Below are positions 9,830 through 21,297 of a DNA stretch of 64,000 nt, in pieces. Made by a program: the position numbers and the translations under genes. Position 1 is the first letter of the stretch; every line of letters begins with the position of its first letter. Source of the DNA: a virus (lineage: Duplodnaviria; Caudoviricetes); IMG/VR virus record IMGVR_UViG_3300020577_003668, positions 32,001-96,000 of that record. One strand, written 5' to 3'. Under the pieces are notes generated by a model. That model saw only the letters and a list, made by a program, of their open reading frames with translations. It made no database searches and was not told the origin of the DNA.

Positions 9830-10861
9830 TATTCATACATATTGATGCTACGGCTGGCGTATGTACGAAATCTACTCGCGACCCAGAGTATAAATATGGT
9901 TAGTGTGCACACTATAAATGCCGGCCTGTGCCGTGAACACAAGGACCTAATATCCTGCTCGTGGGACTAGGTAGCGATACACGAGCGTTAGCCTACTCAG
10001 TACGGACGCTAGCAGTAGAGGTGAAGTTTAGAAGCCGAATAGGGTGAGAAGCCCTTATTAGAAATAATGTACGCGTGTGTGCATTTATTGCCTTGAATGT
10101 ATAGTTTTGCAAGACTCTACAGCCAACTATTATTTCTAGCAAAATCCTGAGCAGAGGTTTGATCACCCGAGCAATATGGTGGGACACCAGGGCCCTTGCA
10201 CCTGGCTAGTACGAGTAATTTACTATTCCAACGTATCTAGTAACAAAATCGGTGGTACGATTTACAGCCCCTGCAGCAGAAATGCTCAGGGGCTGCTTTC
10301 ATTCGCGAGTCTCTTTTCTACGTGCGGCACCCAAATCCGCATAGCGGCGCCAATTTTACAGTGCTAAACCTTGACTGTCAAGAGAGAATTTAGAAACGAC
10401 AAAAGCCCTCAACAGCTAAACTGGAGGGCGAGGTAGGGCCTTGAAGGTTTGATAAACTAGCAAGGTATAGGAAGTTATGTGCTGCTTGAGGGTGAGCCAA
10501 CCCAGGTGCGCAGGCAAGAGCCGAAGGCTCAGATTGCGAGGCTAGAGTAATTTAATAAGGCGCTATTTTATAGTTACTAGAATATTCACTGGGGCCATAC
10601 TTTACGTATCATTTCCCACCGGATAGGTTCGATCGAGTTTGCAGTTAATTTAAGGCTTACAGCCACCAGTAACTCTCAATAAGTTATTCCGATCTCTCAG
10701 TATCAATTCTTCAGTCTTGTAGTGATGGTCCTAGAGAAAAAGTCCTCTGGCCAATGGGCCGAACATAAAATCTGTGCGGTTAATATATTATAACCTAGGG
10801 GCAAAAAAATTGCAAGTTTAAATTTAAAAAGCCACCAAATTTCACAATTTGGTGGCGTTTT

Positions 10862-11173
10862 TCATTTATCAGCCGTTAAAGCGTCTTCTAACAACTTAAG
10901 TACGTTTTTATTGACTTTCTCTAGAGATTCTAGTCGATCAATGTTGACGTTAAGTAATATGGCGAGCCTATCGATGTACTCTTCCTTCTTAATCGGTACC
11001 TCACCGCGTTTGTTGAGGTAGGACTTCTTCTGGTAAACACCTAGGGAGGATAATTTAGCAATTACCGAGCGTACTGGTACGTCTAATTGAGCTGCAAGCT
11101 CCTCGGTTGACGCACCTGCTTGGTAGTCTGTTACCAGTTTGGCAGTTACTTCAGGAGTGTACTTCATTACCAT
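10862..11173 (-). CDS. T5 A2-like DNA-binding protein, paralog 3
   Basis: RSVIAKLSSLGVYQK...LESLEK. Confidence 0.7.
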   Translation of the reverse strand: MVMKYTPEVTAKLVTDYQAGASTEELAAQLDVPVRSVIAKLSSLGVYQKKSYLNKRGEVPIKKEEYIDRLAILLNVNIDRLESLEKVNKNVLKLLEDALTADK

Positions 11174-12138
11174 GGCAGATTCGCGTCTGTGTACTTAGAA
11201 GCTTTACCACTTGCAATAGGATCCATAGTGATAAGGGGATCAGGCATACTATCCCAGTCCAACGGGTTTAGGATCATATACTTAGTACGGTTGTTAGGGT
11301 GAGCACACCAGGTCTGGCACATCATGATCCTAAGCAGTAGTGGTGTGCCACTTAACGCAGTTCCAGCTGGAGTATACAGTGAGTAAGTAGTCAGGGCGCT
11401 ACGTAAGGTGCCAGCGTCGTTACCTGTCTTAACCTTAAGACTCTCATCACGAATCGCTAGTACCTCATCTACACTAACTTCTGGAAGCGTAGTCAAGGTC
11501 ATAACCTCAGCTAGTCCCTTCTCAGTAATACCGTGAATCTCGCTAGGATCCCAGTCCATGTAAGGCACGTTCTGATAGCGTTTAAAGGCACTCATAATCA
11601 AAGGCACTAGTGAGCAGTAATTACGATGTTTGATATCCGTTTGCTTATCTAGGAAGGTGGACCTAGTGGGGTGCCTACTCAGTAGCCACATACCCATCAT
11701 AGTGTCATTACTCTTAAAGTGGTCTAGAAATAAGTGTTTGGCACTGTATTTGCCAGAGTCGTTCTTACGCAGTTCTAAAGTGCCGATCTTTGCTAGCATC
11801 TGAGATAGGAACCACTCAGCATTCTTCTTCAGCTGATAGTCTGTGGCAAACTTCTCCACTAGTGCAGTCAGTTCCGACCCTAAGCCGGGCCAACCTGCGA
11901 ATCTATTCGCAACCTGGCCTTCTAGATCAAACTCTGAGTAATCACCTTCGTAGCTCCCTTCACCACCGTGGCTAGCATCAATCTGTAGCTTTAGTTTAGC
12001 TAGAAACTCCTGTTTAGCTTGTGCTAGTCGCTCTTGATTGTCAGCCACTAGATCACGGTAATCCCGTCCCAAGTGCTCAAGCGGAATACTTGATAAATCA
12101 GAAATACGTGTGTTGTATACTTTAGTCTTAGAATACAT
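11167..12138 (-). CDS. Hypothetical protein (323 aa)
   Basis: Long ORF with phage-like codon use. Confidence 0.75.
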   Translation of the reverse strand: MYSKTKVYNTRISDLSSIPLEHLGRDYRDLVADNQERLAQAKQEFLAKLKLQIDASHGGEGSYEGDYSEFDLEGQVANRFAGWPGLGSELTALVEKFATDYQLKKNAEWFLSQMLAKIGTLELRKNDSGKYSAKHLFLDHFKSNDTMMGMWLLSRHPTRSTFLDKQTDIKHRNYCSLVPLIMSAFKRYQNVPYMDWDPSEIHGITEKGLAEVMTLTTLPEVSVDEVLAIRDESLKVKTGNDAGTLRSALTTYSLYTPAGTALSGTPLLLRIMMCQTWCAHPNNRTKYMILNPLDWDSMPDPLITMDPIASGKASKYTDANLPW

Positions 12139-12753
12139 TAAAATCCCGGAAAAATTGGGTCAGTCGGAGCGGCTCTTAAAGGTAAAAAGCCGTTAAATTC
12201 GGATTATTTCTTAGTAAAAAATTATTTGGGGGTTAAAAAAAAAAAATACGCTCCGCGTTTAGATCACTTGATTAAAATACTCTACGGAGTGGTTTCTCTA
12301 GAACGTGCAAAACAATCAAAACAACGCAGTGGTTTTGTGGTTGTTTAGACGTTCTGAAGAGAACCCCTCCGTAGGTGGAGGGCTATTTATTGTCATTATA
12401 GATATATTATATCACAACTTCCCTGCCGAAGTCAAGGTATAATTTTTTCTACCGGGTAATAGCTAGGATCAGCCCTGTCACTCAGTAAATCGGCAATTTC
12501 GTCAGCGATATAGCTGTTGGGCTTCGCATAGTCTAATAAGTGCTCTAGTACCAAGTATACTAGCTTACCAGCCCTAGGAGCAAGGTTAGGGGCCGCGTAC
12601 CCTGCTTCTTGCATCAGCTCGTACAGCTTAGAGTTCATTTATACCACCTTTTTTACTTACATGCAAACAGGGATAGGCAGGGCAACAATAGTAATCGCAC
12701 TTACCATTGTTGTAAAATCCCAGTAAGAAAAAGTTTAAATATTAGTAGTACAG

Positions 12754-13518
12754 TCATAGTTCAATCACCAGAGGTTCATAGGGTTCCTTACACTCGCCTG
12801 GGTAGCCAACTGGCCGCGCTAGGCAACGTACCTGGCCTACAGTCACATCCACGGCATCGTGAGTATGACCAAATAGCCAAGTCGCGTCATCTAGCGTTGC
12901 TAACCACTCGCCCAGGCTAGAGAAAAAGTACTGGTTTAAGATGCTAGAAGCCACATCCACATTTTTCCAGCGTTCAGAAATACATTCCTGGGCTGGACCA
13001 AAGTGACTGAAGAATACTTGCTTCTTATCACGATCCCTATTCTCATAGGCCGTCTTAAAATACTCTGTATGGTGCTTGTTGATACTTCTAAGATTATAAG
13101 CCGTACCATCGGGAATACGACGGTAGTCTTGAATGAACTTTTGGTACATTAGCTCAGTATGAGGATGACTACCAAAGTCTGTCCACAGCGTGGCACCGTG
13201 GAATTCCACGTCATCGATCACAATACTACCCGGGTTAAGCATACGCACATTGCTGGGCAGCTTGTTAGAGAACTCATGGGCAATATTAAAGCCGTTAAGC
13301 TCTAGACCACCGTAGTACTCGTGGTTGCCTGGACAATACAGAACCTGCTTGTAGTGCCGAGCAAGCATCTTTAGGGTCTGGAGCGTGTTAGTACGCCCCA
13401 CGTTAATGTCGCCAGCGGCGACTAGTACGTCGGCTGGGCGAATGAGAGCCTCAAGCCTTTCAACTTGATCTTCTCTCCAAAATTCGACGTGAATGTCACT
13501 TAATAGTTGAATCTTCAT
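12754..13518 (-). CDS. Calcineurin-like metallophosphoesterase
   Basis: SDIH, AGD, GNHE, GHTH motifs. Confidence 0.9.
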   Translation of the reverse strand: MKIQLLSDIHVEFWREDQVERLEALIRPADVLVAAGDINVGRTNTLQTLKMLARHYKQVLYCPGNHEYYGGLELNGFNIAHEFSNKLPSNVRMLNPGSIVIDDVEFHGATLWTDFGSHPHTELMYQKFIQDYRRIPDGTAYNLRSINKHHTEYFKTAYENRDRDKKQVFFSHFGPAQECISERWKNVDVASSILNQYFFSSLGEWLATLDDATWLFGHTHDAVDVTVGQVRCLARPVGYPGECKEPYEPLVIEL

Positions 13519-13841
13519 CTTAGTTGGTACCATACGGTAATTTCTTCGTCTTTTGATATTGGCTGTTTAGAATAGAAGTCTAAATGGCCTTCGGGATTTA
13601 GTTCCATCCTAGCATTTGGTGTTATACTACTATTAGTAAACATAAGTTCATCTGGCGAGCCATAAAAATCTAGATAAACATTGTCCGATATACGTAAAAT
13701 TACATATGGATCCACAACTTTTCTAGCCTCTTCTAGTGTAATACGCTTACCATGCATCTCCCCGATCTTGGTATCCGCAGGTATATCTTCAGTAGCAAAT
13801 ACACCGTTGCCATGAATTGGACTTGGTTTAACTGTTATCAT
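13515..13841 (-). CDS. SET-domain protein (putative lysine methyltransferase)
   Basis: SPIHGNGVFA, FTNSS.TPNA, EEITVWY motifs. Confidence 0.8.
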   Translation of the reverse strand: MITVKPSPIHGNGVFATEDIPADTKIGEMHGKRITLEEARKVVDPYVILRISDNVYLDFYGSPDELMFTNSSITPNARMELNPEGHLDFYSKQPISKDEEITVWYQLR

Positions 13842-14598
13842 TTTTCTTAAAAAGGTTAATAATTCTATTTTTCAGAGTAGGTTCCCAGTATTTACCATTA
13901 GGTCCGCAGCCGTATAAAGTAGTCCGCTCCTCTAGCGGAAAAGTATCTTGCAAGGGTACATAGGTACTGCCGTATATCAGGTCCGGGTACTCTCTAGGTA
14001 TTGGCCTTTCACACATATCACGCAGACTACTATGACGTAACAATATACGAGTAGTAAGATGTTTACAATCTTTACACAACTTCATAATATTTTCCAGTCT
14101 GGCTGCACATATTCTCAGATACTCTAGCGGTAACTGCTGCTACCCTACCTTCATATTTATCAGAGAATAATTTACACAATCCTTTATAGTAATAAGTACA
14201 GTTACTACAGCTTATTAAAGTAATAGGCGTCTTTTCCACACTTTCCATTTGCGCTCCTAGCTCGGCTACATAAAACAAGTTGTGATCTCCCATAGACAGG
14301 TTCAGGTGGGTTTACGGATGGATGTGTACAAATAGCTCTGAATAAAGTAGTGTTGTGAAAATGTTTGCAATCTTTACACAATTTCATTTAGTGTATACCT
14401 TACAAAGTCATTCTTACCGTTACACCCGCCGAATATTCTCCATGTGGTACGTCTAGTGATCACCAATGGAAAGATGGCCTCTCCCGTGATCCTACTATGA
14501 CCCCTCTCTTTTCTGTAGCAGTACGGTTGTAGGGCAACCGTACCATCCTTGTTACGCTCCACATAGGCACAACGATAGCAAAAATCTCCATCCTTCAT
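13828..14598 (-). CDS. Cluster of four small Cys-rich proteins
   Basis: CxxC..C..CG.GKY pattern repeated; two begin MKLCKDCKH. Confidence 0.65.
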
Positions 14599-14610
14599 GA
14601 TATAGTCCTA

Positions 14611-15042
14611 TTATTCATAAAATATATGATTGTTAATTTGAGTTACCTTGTTAAGAGATTTAGACCATTTAGGTCTAATTTTAGTTGTATGGTAGTGAGT
14701 AGCTTCTAATGGGTAGTCTCTACTCATCCAGGCAGCATGCCATGCTACAGCATATGCTCGCTTATCCTTTATACTTCTATCTTTCTTTGTGGTCCAAGAG
14801 AATTGAGCATGTTGATAAACTGTCTCACAAACGGTTGAAGCCCATTTCCCGACACGATTAAGTGTGACTCTAGCCACAGCAATCTGACCTTCAAAAGGTT
14901 CTCCACGAGCTTCATGATACACATTCTCCACTAAACATTTCAATTCTTTTCGATCAAGCCAGGTAATTTTTTGATCGTTCTGCGCCCACCCCGAAAATAG
15001 CGGTAGTGCGACAAGAGCGGTAGCAACTATGAGTTTGCGCAT
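14611..15042 (-). CDS. SleB/Hydrolase_2 cell wall hydrolase
   Basis: Signal peptide, YHEARGE, AVARV.LNR, QFSW, HIFY. Confidence 0.9.
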   Translation of the reverse strand: MRKLIVATALVALPLFSGWAQNDQKITWLDRKELKCLVENVYHEARGEPFEGQIAVARVTLNRVGKWASTVCETVYQHAQFSWTTKKDRSIKDKRAYAVAWHAAWMSRDYPLEATHYHTTKIRPKWSKSLNKVTQINNHIFYE

Positions 15043-16380
15043 GGTCGAAATCTATCAGCCTCGCTAGTAAGCCATCTGCCATGCACAGCGGGATTTAGAT
15101 TCCTCCACATCCCGTGCTTACGTTGCGAAGCTAGTCCAATAATTGAGTGCTCATTAGCTATTTTCTCTAAGCGCGTAATGTGGGAGGCCACTGTATCCAA
15201 ATACAACCTAGAACGATCAGTAAGTTGGTTCTCTTGAATAACTACTTCAAGTAAAGTTAGCAGTGTATTCTTCATTCATAACCTTTCTATACTCTTCCAG
15301 GGGGTTCGAGGTATCTAGTACCGTCATCTCCCTAGTTTGTAATTGTTGTAATGTACGGGATGCAGAGTCGTTCAGCGCAGCTAAATGCTGAATTGCTTTA
15401 GCTGCGCGTAACATGACTGCGGTAGGAGTTCTAATACCACTGGGGGTAATAACCGGCTCATTTAATTCTTTAATTAGATTTTGCATATACTGCATTCCCA
15501 TAGTTTAATAAAACATTATAGACTGTTTTGGGGAACAAATCAAGTGCAAGTTTTTCAGGTATCGAAAATTTATATTTGCGCGACGATAGCCCACATGCTA
15601 TAATATAAAAAGATCATGGAGGAATAATGCAAGATTATACTAGGCAATTAGAAACGCTCATTATTGATGTGCTACTACCAGTGTACTTAGAGCATGCCCG
15701 CCGTACAGGAGATACAGAAGCCTATAGGAAGATTAATTCCGAACTTCTAGCAGCTATGAAAGCTAAAAAGAAGGTTCCTAGGCTATTGATGAAGGATAGT
15801 TATGGATGAACCCGACCCAAAGTTTACTAGTAGGAAGTTTGGCTTAACCTGCATAATTATAGTAACCTCTATAACTTTACTAGTATGTAAGATAATTACT
15901 CCAGAGATATATCTTACCCAAACCTCGGCCGCAATGGCTTTGTACTTTGCTAGTAATGTAGCCGAGAAATATATACCAAAAACTTAGCGTGGTGTTTAGT
16001 GTTGACCACGAATGAGGATAGAACCCAAGAAACAACTCAACTACTATAACGTCGATGTATGCCCAACGTCTAGAAGCCGCGGGAGTTTCGATGTGTAAGG
16101 GCGCAAGCAATCTCATTCTAGTGAGTGTGCCCGGACTGGCGACAAGAGTTATGTGAATAAGAGAAATGCTCCGTGACAAACAAGACTCGGACCAGAATAT
16201 CAACATAATACCTGCCACCTATTAGTCCTACAATGCAAAGTAAATCCTATAATGCAAGTGCGAAAGCAGCCAACCGTCGAAGATAACCAGATTGTTCGGT
16301 GCATAGGTTAGTAAAGAGTCTGATGCAATGTTAGACTGATCCCCTTCTCGGGGGATCACTCTAGCAACAACCCACCAACC

Positions 16381-16917
16381 ATGAAAAAGAAAATGAATAA
16401 GTTACGTCGCAAAGAAGATTGGCCGTTCCCACCAGTAGAGCCTAGTGAAGAAGTACATGTAAACCCAGTAGGTAATACCGCTAAGAATTATACGGACGGC
16501 TTTTATGATAGCTCCAATCATCTAAGTATACCAGCATATTTAAAACCAATAGCAACTACTGTATTGCCACCACTAGAAACAGACCCTACGGGCGGATCAC
16601 TCAACGAGCCAGGCAAGAAAGCAGATGCGGGTAAATTGTTGCCATGGTTATTCTTCTCAGGCTTTGCCAATGCACTAGAAAAGGTAGCTGAAGTTACTAC
16701 ATTAGGTGCTAGAAAATATACACCCAATGGTTGGGCCAATGTTCCTAACGGACCCGAGCGCTACATGGAGGCCGCAATGCGTCATCTGATCTATCTTGGA
16801 CAAGGTGAGAAGCTAGATAACGGCAAGGGCGGGATCGGAACGCTGCACAAAGCACAAATTATATGGAATCTTCTAGCCTCCTTAGAGCTAGAACTACGCG
16901 AAGAGAAGAAAACGTGA
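16381..16917 (+). CDS. dATP/dGTP diphosphohydrolase-like (DUF5664-type) protein
   Basis: K.DAGK, GARKY..NGW, AAMRHL, H.AQ..WN. Confidence 0.7.
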   Translation: MKKKMNKLRRKEDWPFPPVEPSEEVHVNPVGNTAKNYTDGFYDSSNHLSIPAYLKPIATTVLPPLETDPTGGSLNEPGKKADAGKLLPWLFFSGFANALEKVAEVTTLGARKYTPNGWANVPNGPERYMEAAMRHLIYLGQGEKLDNGKGGIGTLHKAQIIWNLLASLELELREEKKT

Positions 16918-17237
16918 AAATTGAACCAGTGGCCTATAATAATCCTAGAAAGAATAACAATAGGCATCCTAAGATTGAAGCCGTAGCTGTTCTAGATGTG
17001 GATCGTGAACACATGTTCGTGTTACCTCCGCCAAATAGGCATCACCATGTTATACGTGGAATGATGGAAAATGGTATTGTAGCTGGCAAAGAAGGGTTTA
17101 TCACAGACGAGCTGAAATTCGTGGATCGTGAAGTTGCTTTAATCTACGCAATGTCTAACAAGCAATTACGTATTCGCCCCGCTGCAAGTCCTACTGACTA
17201 CGCTGGTAGCGAGTTGTTTAGCGAAGATCTATGGTAA
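16914..17237 (+). CDS. Hypothetical phage protein
   Basis: RHHH, EGFIT..FVDRE.A, LFSEDLW motif. Confidence 0.65.
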   Translation: MKIEPVAYNNPRKNNNRHPKIEAVAVLDVDREHMFVLPPPNRHHHVIRGMMENGIVAGKEGFITDELKFVDREVALIYAMSNKQLRIRPAASPTDYAGSELFSEDLW

Positions 17238-17921
17238 AGCTTAATTCTCTAGACTATGTCCTATACAAGACGCATAAATCCGTGCTTGAAGCCTGTCGTG
17301 AATTGATGATAGAATATCATTCTGAAGTCGAAATTCATCTAAAGCAATGCACATCTTGCGGCATCTGGCTCAAACCGGAACAGCTCAAGAAGGATTTAGA
17401 TGGGCTAGATATTTGCAATACTTGTTTAACAGCTTACGGACCCTAAAATGCTTTGGCTTATTAATTACGAATCTTCTGAGTGGTGTGGTGGAGAATCGCA
17501 CGTCGTTGTAGTTGCTGAAACCGCCGACGAGGCAAACTATCTTGCCGAAGACCACATGGAATCGACCATGCGTGAACTTTTTAGCGATGAGTACGCCGAA
17601 CTGGAAGCAGAATACGCAGAATACGCAGAAGACGGTATAGACGCAGTTTTTGACTGTGCTTATACTATCAACAGTATTGAAGCGTTTGACGAGAATCATG
17701 AACACTGGAAGTTCTATTGCGATCCTAGTCAAGAACAGTTCTATCCTACTATTGGTAGGTTCTGATGCCTGAAGATGTAAAGTCCCGTATAGAAGATATT
17801 GAGAACCAGCTGCGATATCTGGATCAGCGTCTAGAAGAAAATCCTCTAAATGCTACGGCCAGGGCTAGATATACGTATCTAGAAACGCTACTTAAAGAGC
17901 TAACTAAATTTCAGAATTAAT

Positions 17922-18001
17922 ACGACTGTACCTCAACGCTCTTCTAAAGCGTAGCAGAGTAAGTGGAGTCAATGTAGGTTCGAATCCTATCAGTCGTGCC
18001 A
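17922..18001 (+). tRNA. Atypical tRNA-Arg(UCU) lacking canonical D-arm
   Basis: Acceptor ACGACTG/CAGTCGT+GCCA, ASL ACGCT-CTTCTAA-AGCGT, perfect T-arm; only 7 nt between acceptor and ASL. Confidence 0.7.
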
Positions 18002-18015
18002 AATATTACGTATAC

Positions 18016-18091
18016 GCCTCGTTAACTCAATGGATAGAGTACTGCGCTCCTATCGCAATAGTTAGTCGTTCGATTCGACTACGAGGCTCCA
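18016..18091 (+). tRNA. tRNA-Arg(CCU)
   Basis: Cloverleaf, CCT anticodon, CCA. Confidence 0.85.
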
Positions 18092-18772
18092 TCCTTTAGT
18101 GCTTTTAGCCTTTCCATTTAATACTTCGTTAAGGTGAGAATTACTCAAGTTATAGGCTCTAGCAATTTCACTAATATTGGTTATATTACTAATAATTTCC
18201 CCCGTTTTATTATTTATAATGGCGGGATATACTTTACCCTTTGCGATGGTATTACGAGTAACTAATCTATTGGTGGTATTAAGCTGTGTATACTTTTCAG
18301 GAAACTTATCAGATAACCAAGTATGGCGTTTTCCTAGATTAATATCTCTAACTAAAGACACATTAGTCTCTGTAATATCTGCTATTTCTTGATATAGTAA
18401 TTCTGGCATTTCGGTAAGATAGTAAAATATTTCTATAATTGTATCGTTATCAAATTTAGAGCCAGGATGACTATCACCTACTAGCCCTTTACCGTTACAT
18501 ACTTTATTTCTACTATTAAGACCCGAATTATAGGAATCGTATTTACTAATCATTAGCTCCTCTAAGTTATCTAATTCATGTTCTAAACATTCAGTCAATA
18601 TTTCATAGGTAAATGGGCCGTACCTATTATATGCGTCCTGTAACTTAATGCTAGAAGCTCCTCCCTTAAGTTTTGTTTTATGCGAACTAATTCTACGCTC
18701 TATATTTACCGCTTGTCCGATATAGACACTATCTGAACCTTTAAACCTCAAAATATAAATACCACATGTCAT
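18062..18772 (-). CDS. GIY-YIG homing endonuclease
   Basis: GIY..VYIGQA...R..H; C-terminal NUMOD-like KGW. Confidence 0.9.
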   Translation of the reverse strand: MTCGIYILRFKGSDSVYIGQAVNIERRISSHKTKLKGGASSIKLQDAYNRYGPFTYEILTECLEHELDNLEELMISKYDSYNSGLNSRNKVCNGKGLVGDSHPGSKFDNDTIIEIFYYLTEMPELLYQEIADITETNVSLVRDINLGKRHTWLSDKFPEKYTQLNTTNRLVTRNTIAKGKVYPAIINNKTGEIISNITNISEIARAYNLSNSHLNEVLNGKAKSTKGWSLVVESND

Positions 18773-18858
18773 TTTCAACCTCCTTATGTTATCCTATAAT
18801 TATATAGTTTTAGGATAACATAAGCAAGTGGAAAATTTTTGACCCTGGACCAATTAAA

Positions 18859-19692
18859 ATGAATGATTTTCATAAGCATTTCCCTGCTAATACTAAGGGA
18901 AGAGATTTCGTGGTTGGCGACCTTCATGGTAGCCTATCTATTCTTGAGCACATGCTTAAGGAACTTAATTTTAACGAACAAACAGATCGCCTGTTTAGCG
19001 TAGGCGACATTGTAGATCGCGGGCCGGATAGTATAGGTTGTCTACGTTTGCTACGTAAGCCTTGGTTCCACGCTATCATGGGGAATCATGAAGACATGAT
19101 GCTTCGTGGGCTATCTGGAGAAGATTTGGGCCTGTGGCTAGCTAACGGTGGGAATTGGTACATTTACCTTACTCGTGACGACGTGTATGATACTAAAGAT
19201 TTGTGCATTGAGCATGTACAGCATCTGCCTTTTGCAGCTACTGTTGATATGACAGACGGCCGCAAGTTCCATCTAGTACATGCTGAGTTTGATAACGTTG
19301 AGCCGATCAACGACAATGATCTTGCGCAGCGTATGCCGGAACTAATGAATGAGTTTTCTTTCGATGGTCCATTTCCTCTTTGGGGGCGTAAGCTATTTGA
19401 ACTTATTTTTTGGCGCGATTTAAGTGCTAAAGATATAGAGGAATACGTGGTGCAGATGAACAGCTTTAGGGCTATGGAACACTTTGGTAATCTGTCCACT
19501 ATTTTCTCAGGACATACTCCAGTTCGTAAGCCAACACAAATTGGTCCCCAGATTAATCTGGATACCTTTGGGTACAGAGCATATGAAGGTATGGAAGATG
19601 CGGCTCTAACTATCGCAGAGCCCTTTACAGGCAAGTTCTGGTCGTCAACCGGCGGTCCAGTGGTCGAAGTTAACAAATTGGTAATCGTATGA
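18859..19692 (+). CDS. Ser/Thr protein phosphatase (lambda NinI/PphA-like)
   Basis: GDLHG, GDIVDRG, GNHE, GHTP, LDT. Confidence 0.9.
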   Translation: MNDFHKHFPANTKGRDFVVGDLHGSLSILEHMLKELNFNEQTDRLFSVGDIVDRGPDSIGCLRLLRKPWFHAIMGNHEDMMLRGLSGEDLGLWLANGGNWYIYLTRDDVYDTKDLCIEHVQHLPFAATVDMTDGRKFHLVHAEFDNVEPINDNDLAQRMPELMNEFSFDGPFPLWGRKLFELIFWRDLSAKDIEEYVVQMNSFRAMEHFGNLSTIFSGHTPVRKPTQIGPQINLDTFGYRAYEGMEDAALTIAEPFTGKFWSSTGGPVVEVNKLVIV

Positions 19693-20709
19693 AAGAAACC
19701 CCAGAAGAACGTGAAGAACGTAAGCAACGTGAAAAGGATCGTCGCAATGCCAGACGTACAAAACGACCTCCGGTGGAAGAAGCCGTTCAACTGGGATGAG
19801 TTGTTAAGTTCCACCATTAGGTGGAACGACGACTTACCAGAAGTAGTGCATCTTGATGCTGACGAAGAAGAATGGAAGGCTGGCTGGAATCAGTATTGTT
19901 TAGCCGCAGGTCTTCTGCAGGATACTGATTGGGCAGGATTAGAAAACGAGACTTGCGGGCCCGAATTGATTGTTCTATAATAGATATTCGATTGGGGGAA
20001 ACAGCATGATTAATCAAGCCACACTAAACCAAGTTAATTTGCTTACTACTAAGCAACTTATTAAGCAGATTAAATCTGCTATTTCTTTCGAGGAAAAGCA
20101 TCCGGAATTTAAGCATGGTTGGCACAACGAATACGTCCAGCATATGAAGATGATTCTAGCTAACCGTATAGGAAAGAAATAGTATGGCTAGTGGATATAC
20201 AAAAGACTTTCTAGTATCGGCTTTTCTAAGTCGATACTACTCGCTTCCAGAAGATAAGTTTGACGCACTGGAAAAGATGGCTAATAGTTTCTATGATGAA
20301 GTGGGGCGCGACAAGTTCCGCGTTTCGTGCTCTCTAGATGCTGATGCTATCAAGACCGCTAAAAATTCTGGCTTGATCTGATTGGTCTTTATCTATATAA
20401 TAGATATATCGGATGGGAAAACAAGCCAAGCGCATAGATGTTATATCGAACGTGTAACTCATAGCATTCCTATCCTACAGCCGTTACTGCTTAGGCTTGA
20501 TTAAGCTGCTCCCTGACTTCGTGGAGTGAAAGTTGTCCTTAATGGGAGACTAAACCATTAAGTCTGAATACTACTAGAAGTAGTTTACGCAGAGAAACGA
20601 AACACTGCCACCTATAGGACACACGTATTTGTGTTCTTTGTGAGAGCATGATCCGATGGTATCTGTATCGCTAACTCTAACGCTGGCCAGCATAGTGTTC
20701 AGACTTAAT

Positions 20710-20796
20710 GGGACCCTTTCCTGCCGGGAGTCTGTAAAACTCTTGCTATATAAGGCGGGTTGGCTGCGTGAGGATCGAAACCTCGGGGGCCCACCA
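20710..20796 (+). tRNA. Atypical tRNA-Tyr(GUA) lacking canonical D-arm
   Basis: GGGACCC/GGGGCCC+ACCA, ASL GGAGT-CTGTAAA-ACTCT, T-arm; CCTGCC pairs with GGCGGG downstream of the ASL. Confidence 0.7.
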
Positions 20797-21202
20797 GAAT
20801 GTGGCTGTTGAATAGGGTGCCTTTACCGGCAATTCAACATAAGTGAGACTAACAATTGGCAGTGGACATGCCTTACAGCGCACGTTAGACCTTTCCTAGT
20901 TGAGCCCATTAGTTAAATCTAAGAGTTATGAGCATGTTACTTAGGATCAAAACGGCTCGCCTGCCCCGGGCGCTATTCTAGATGTTCTCTAGGGGACGTA
21001 TAGCAAGTACGAAGAAGTGCTCACCCGCTGGTTTAACGCGGTAATCCAGCCCCAGGACGCGCGGTAACCTGGAACTATAAATTAGTATACTTAGGCTATG
21101 CAGAGAATGTTATAAAGCCTAGTGACCACAAAGCTGGTAGTATACTAACTTATAGTTAGAGAGTAATTAACTTTAACTGTAGCTGGGAGTCATGAACCTA
21201 GT

Positions 21203-21297
21203 GATCCGTGGTGATGAAATGGCAAACATAGGCCCCCGATAGGGTCGGCGTAGCTAAATAACGCTTGCAGGTATCGTAGTCCTGCCCACAATGGATC
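21203..21297 (+). ncRNA. tRNA-like RNA (Leu/Ser-type D and V arms, degenerate anticodon, no CCA)
   Basis: GATGAAATGGCAAACAT D-arm, GCAGG/CCTGC T-stem. Confidence 0.55.
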
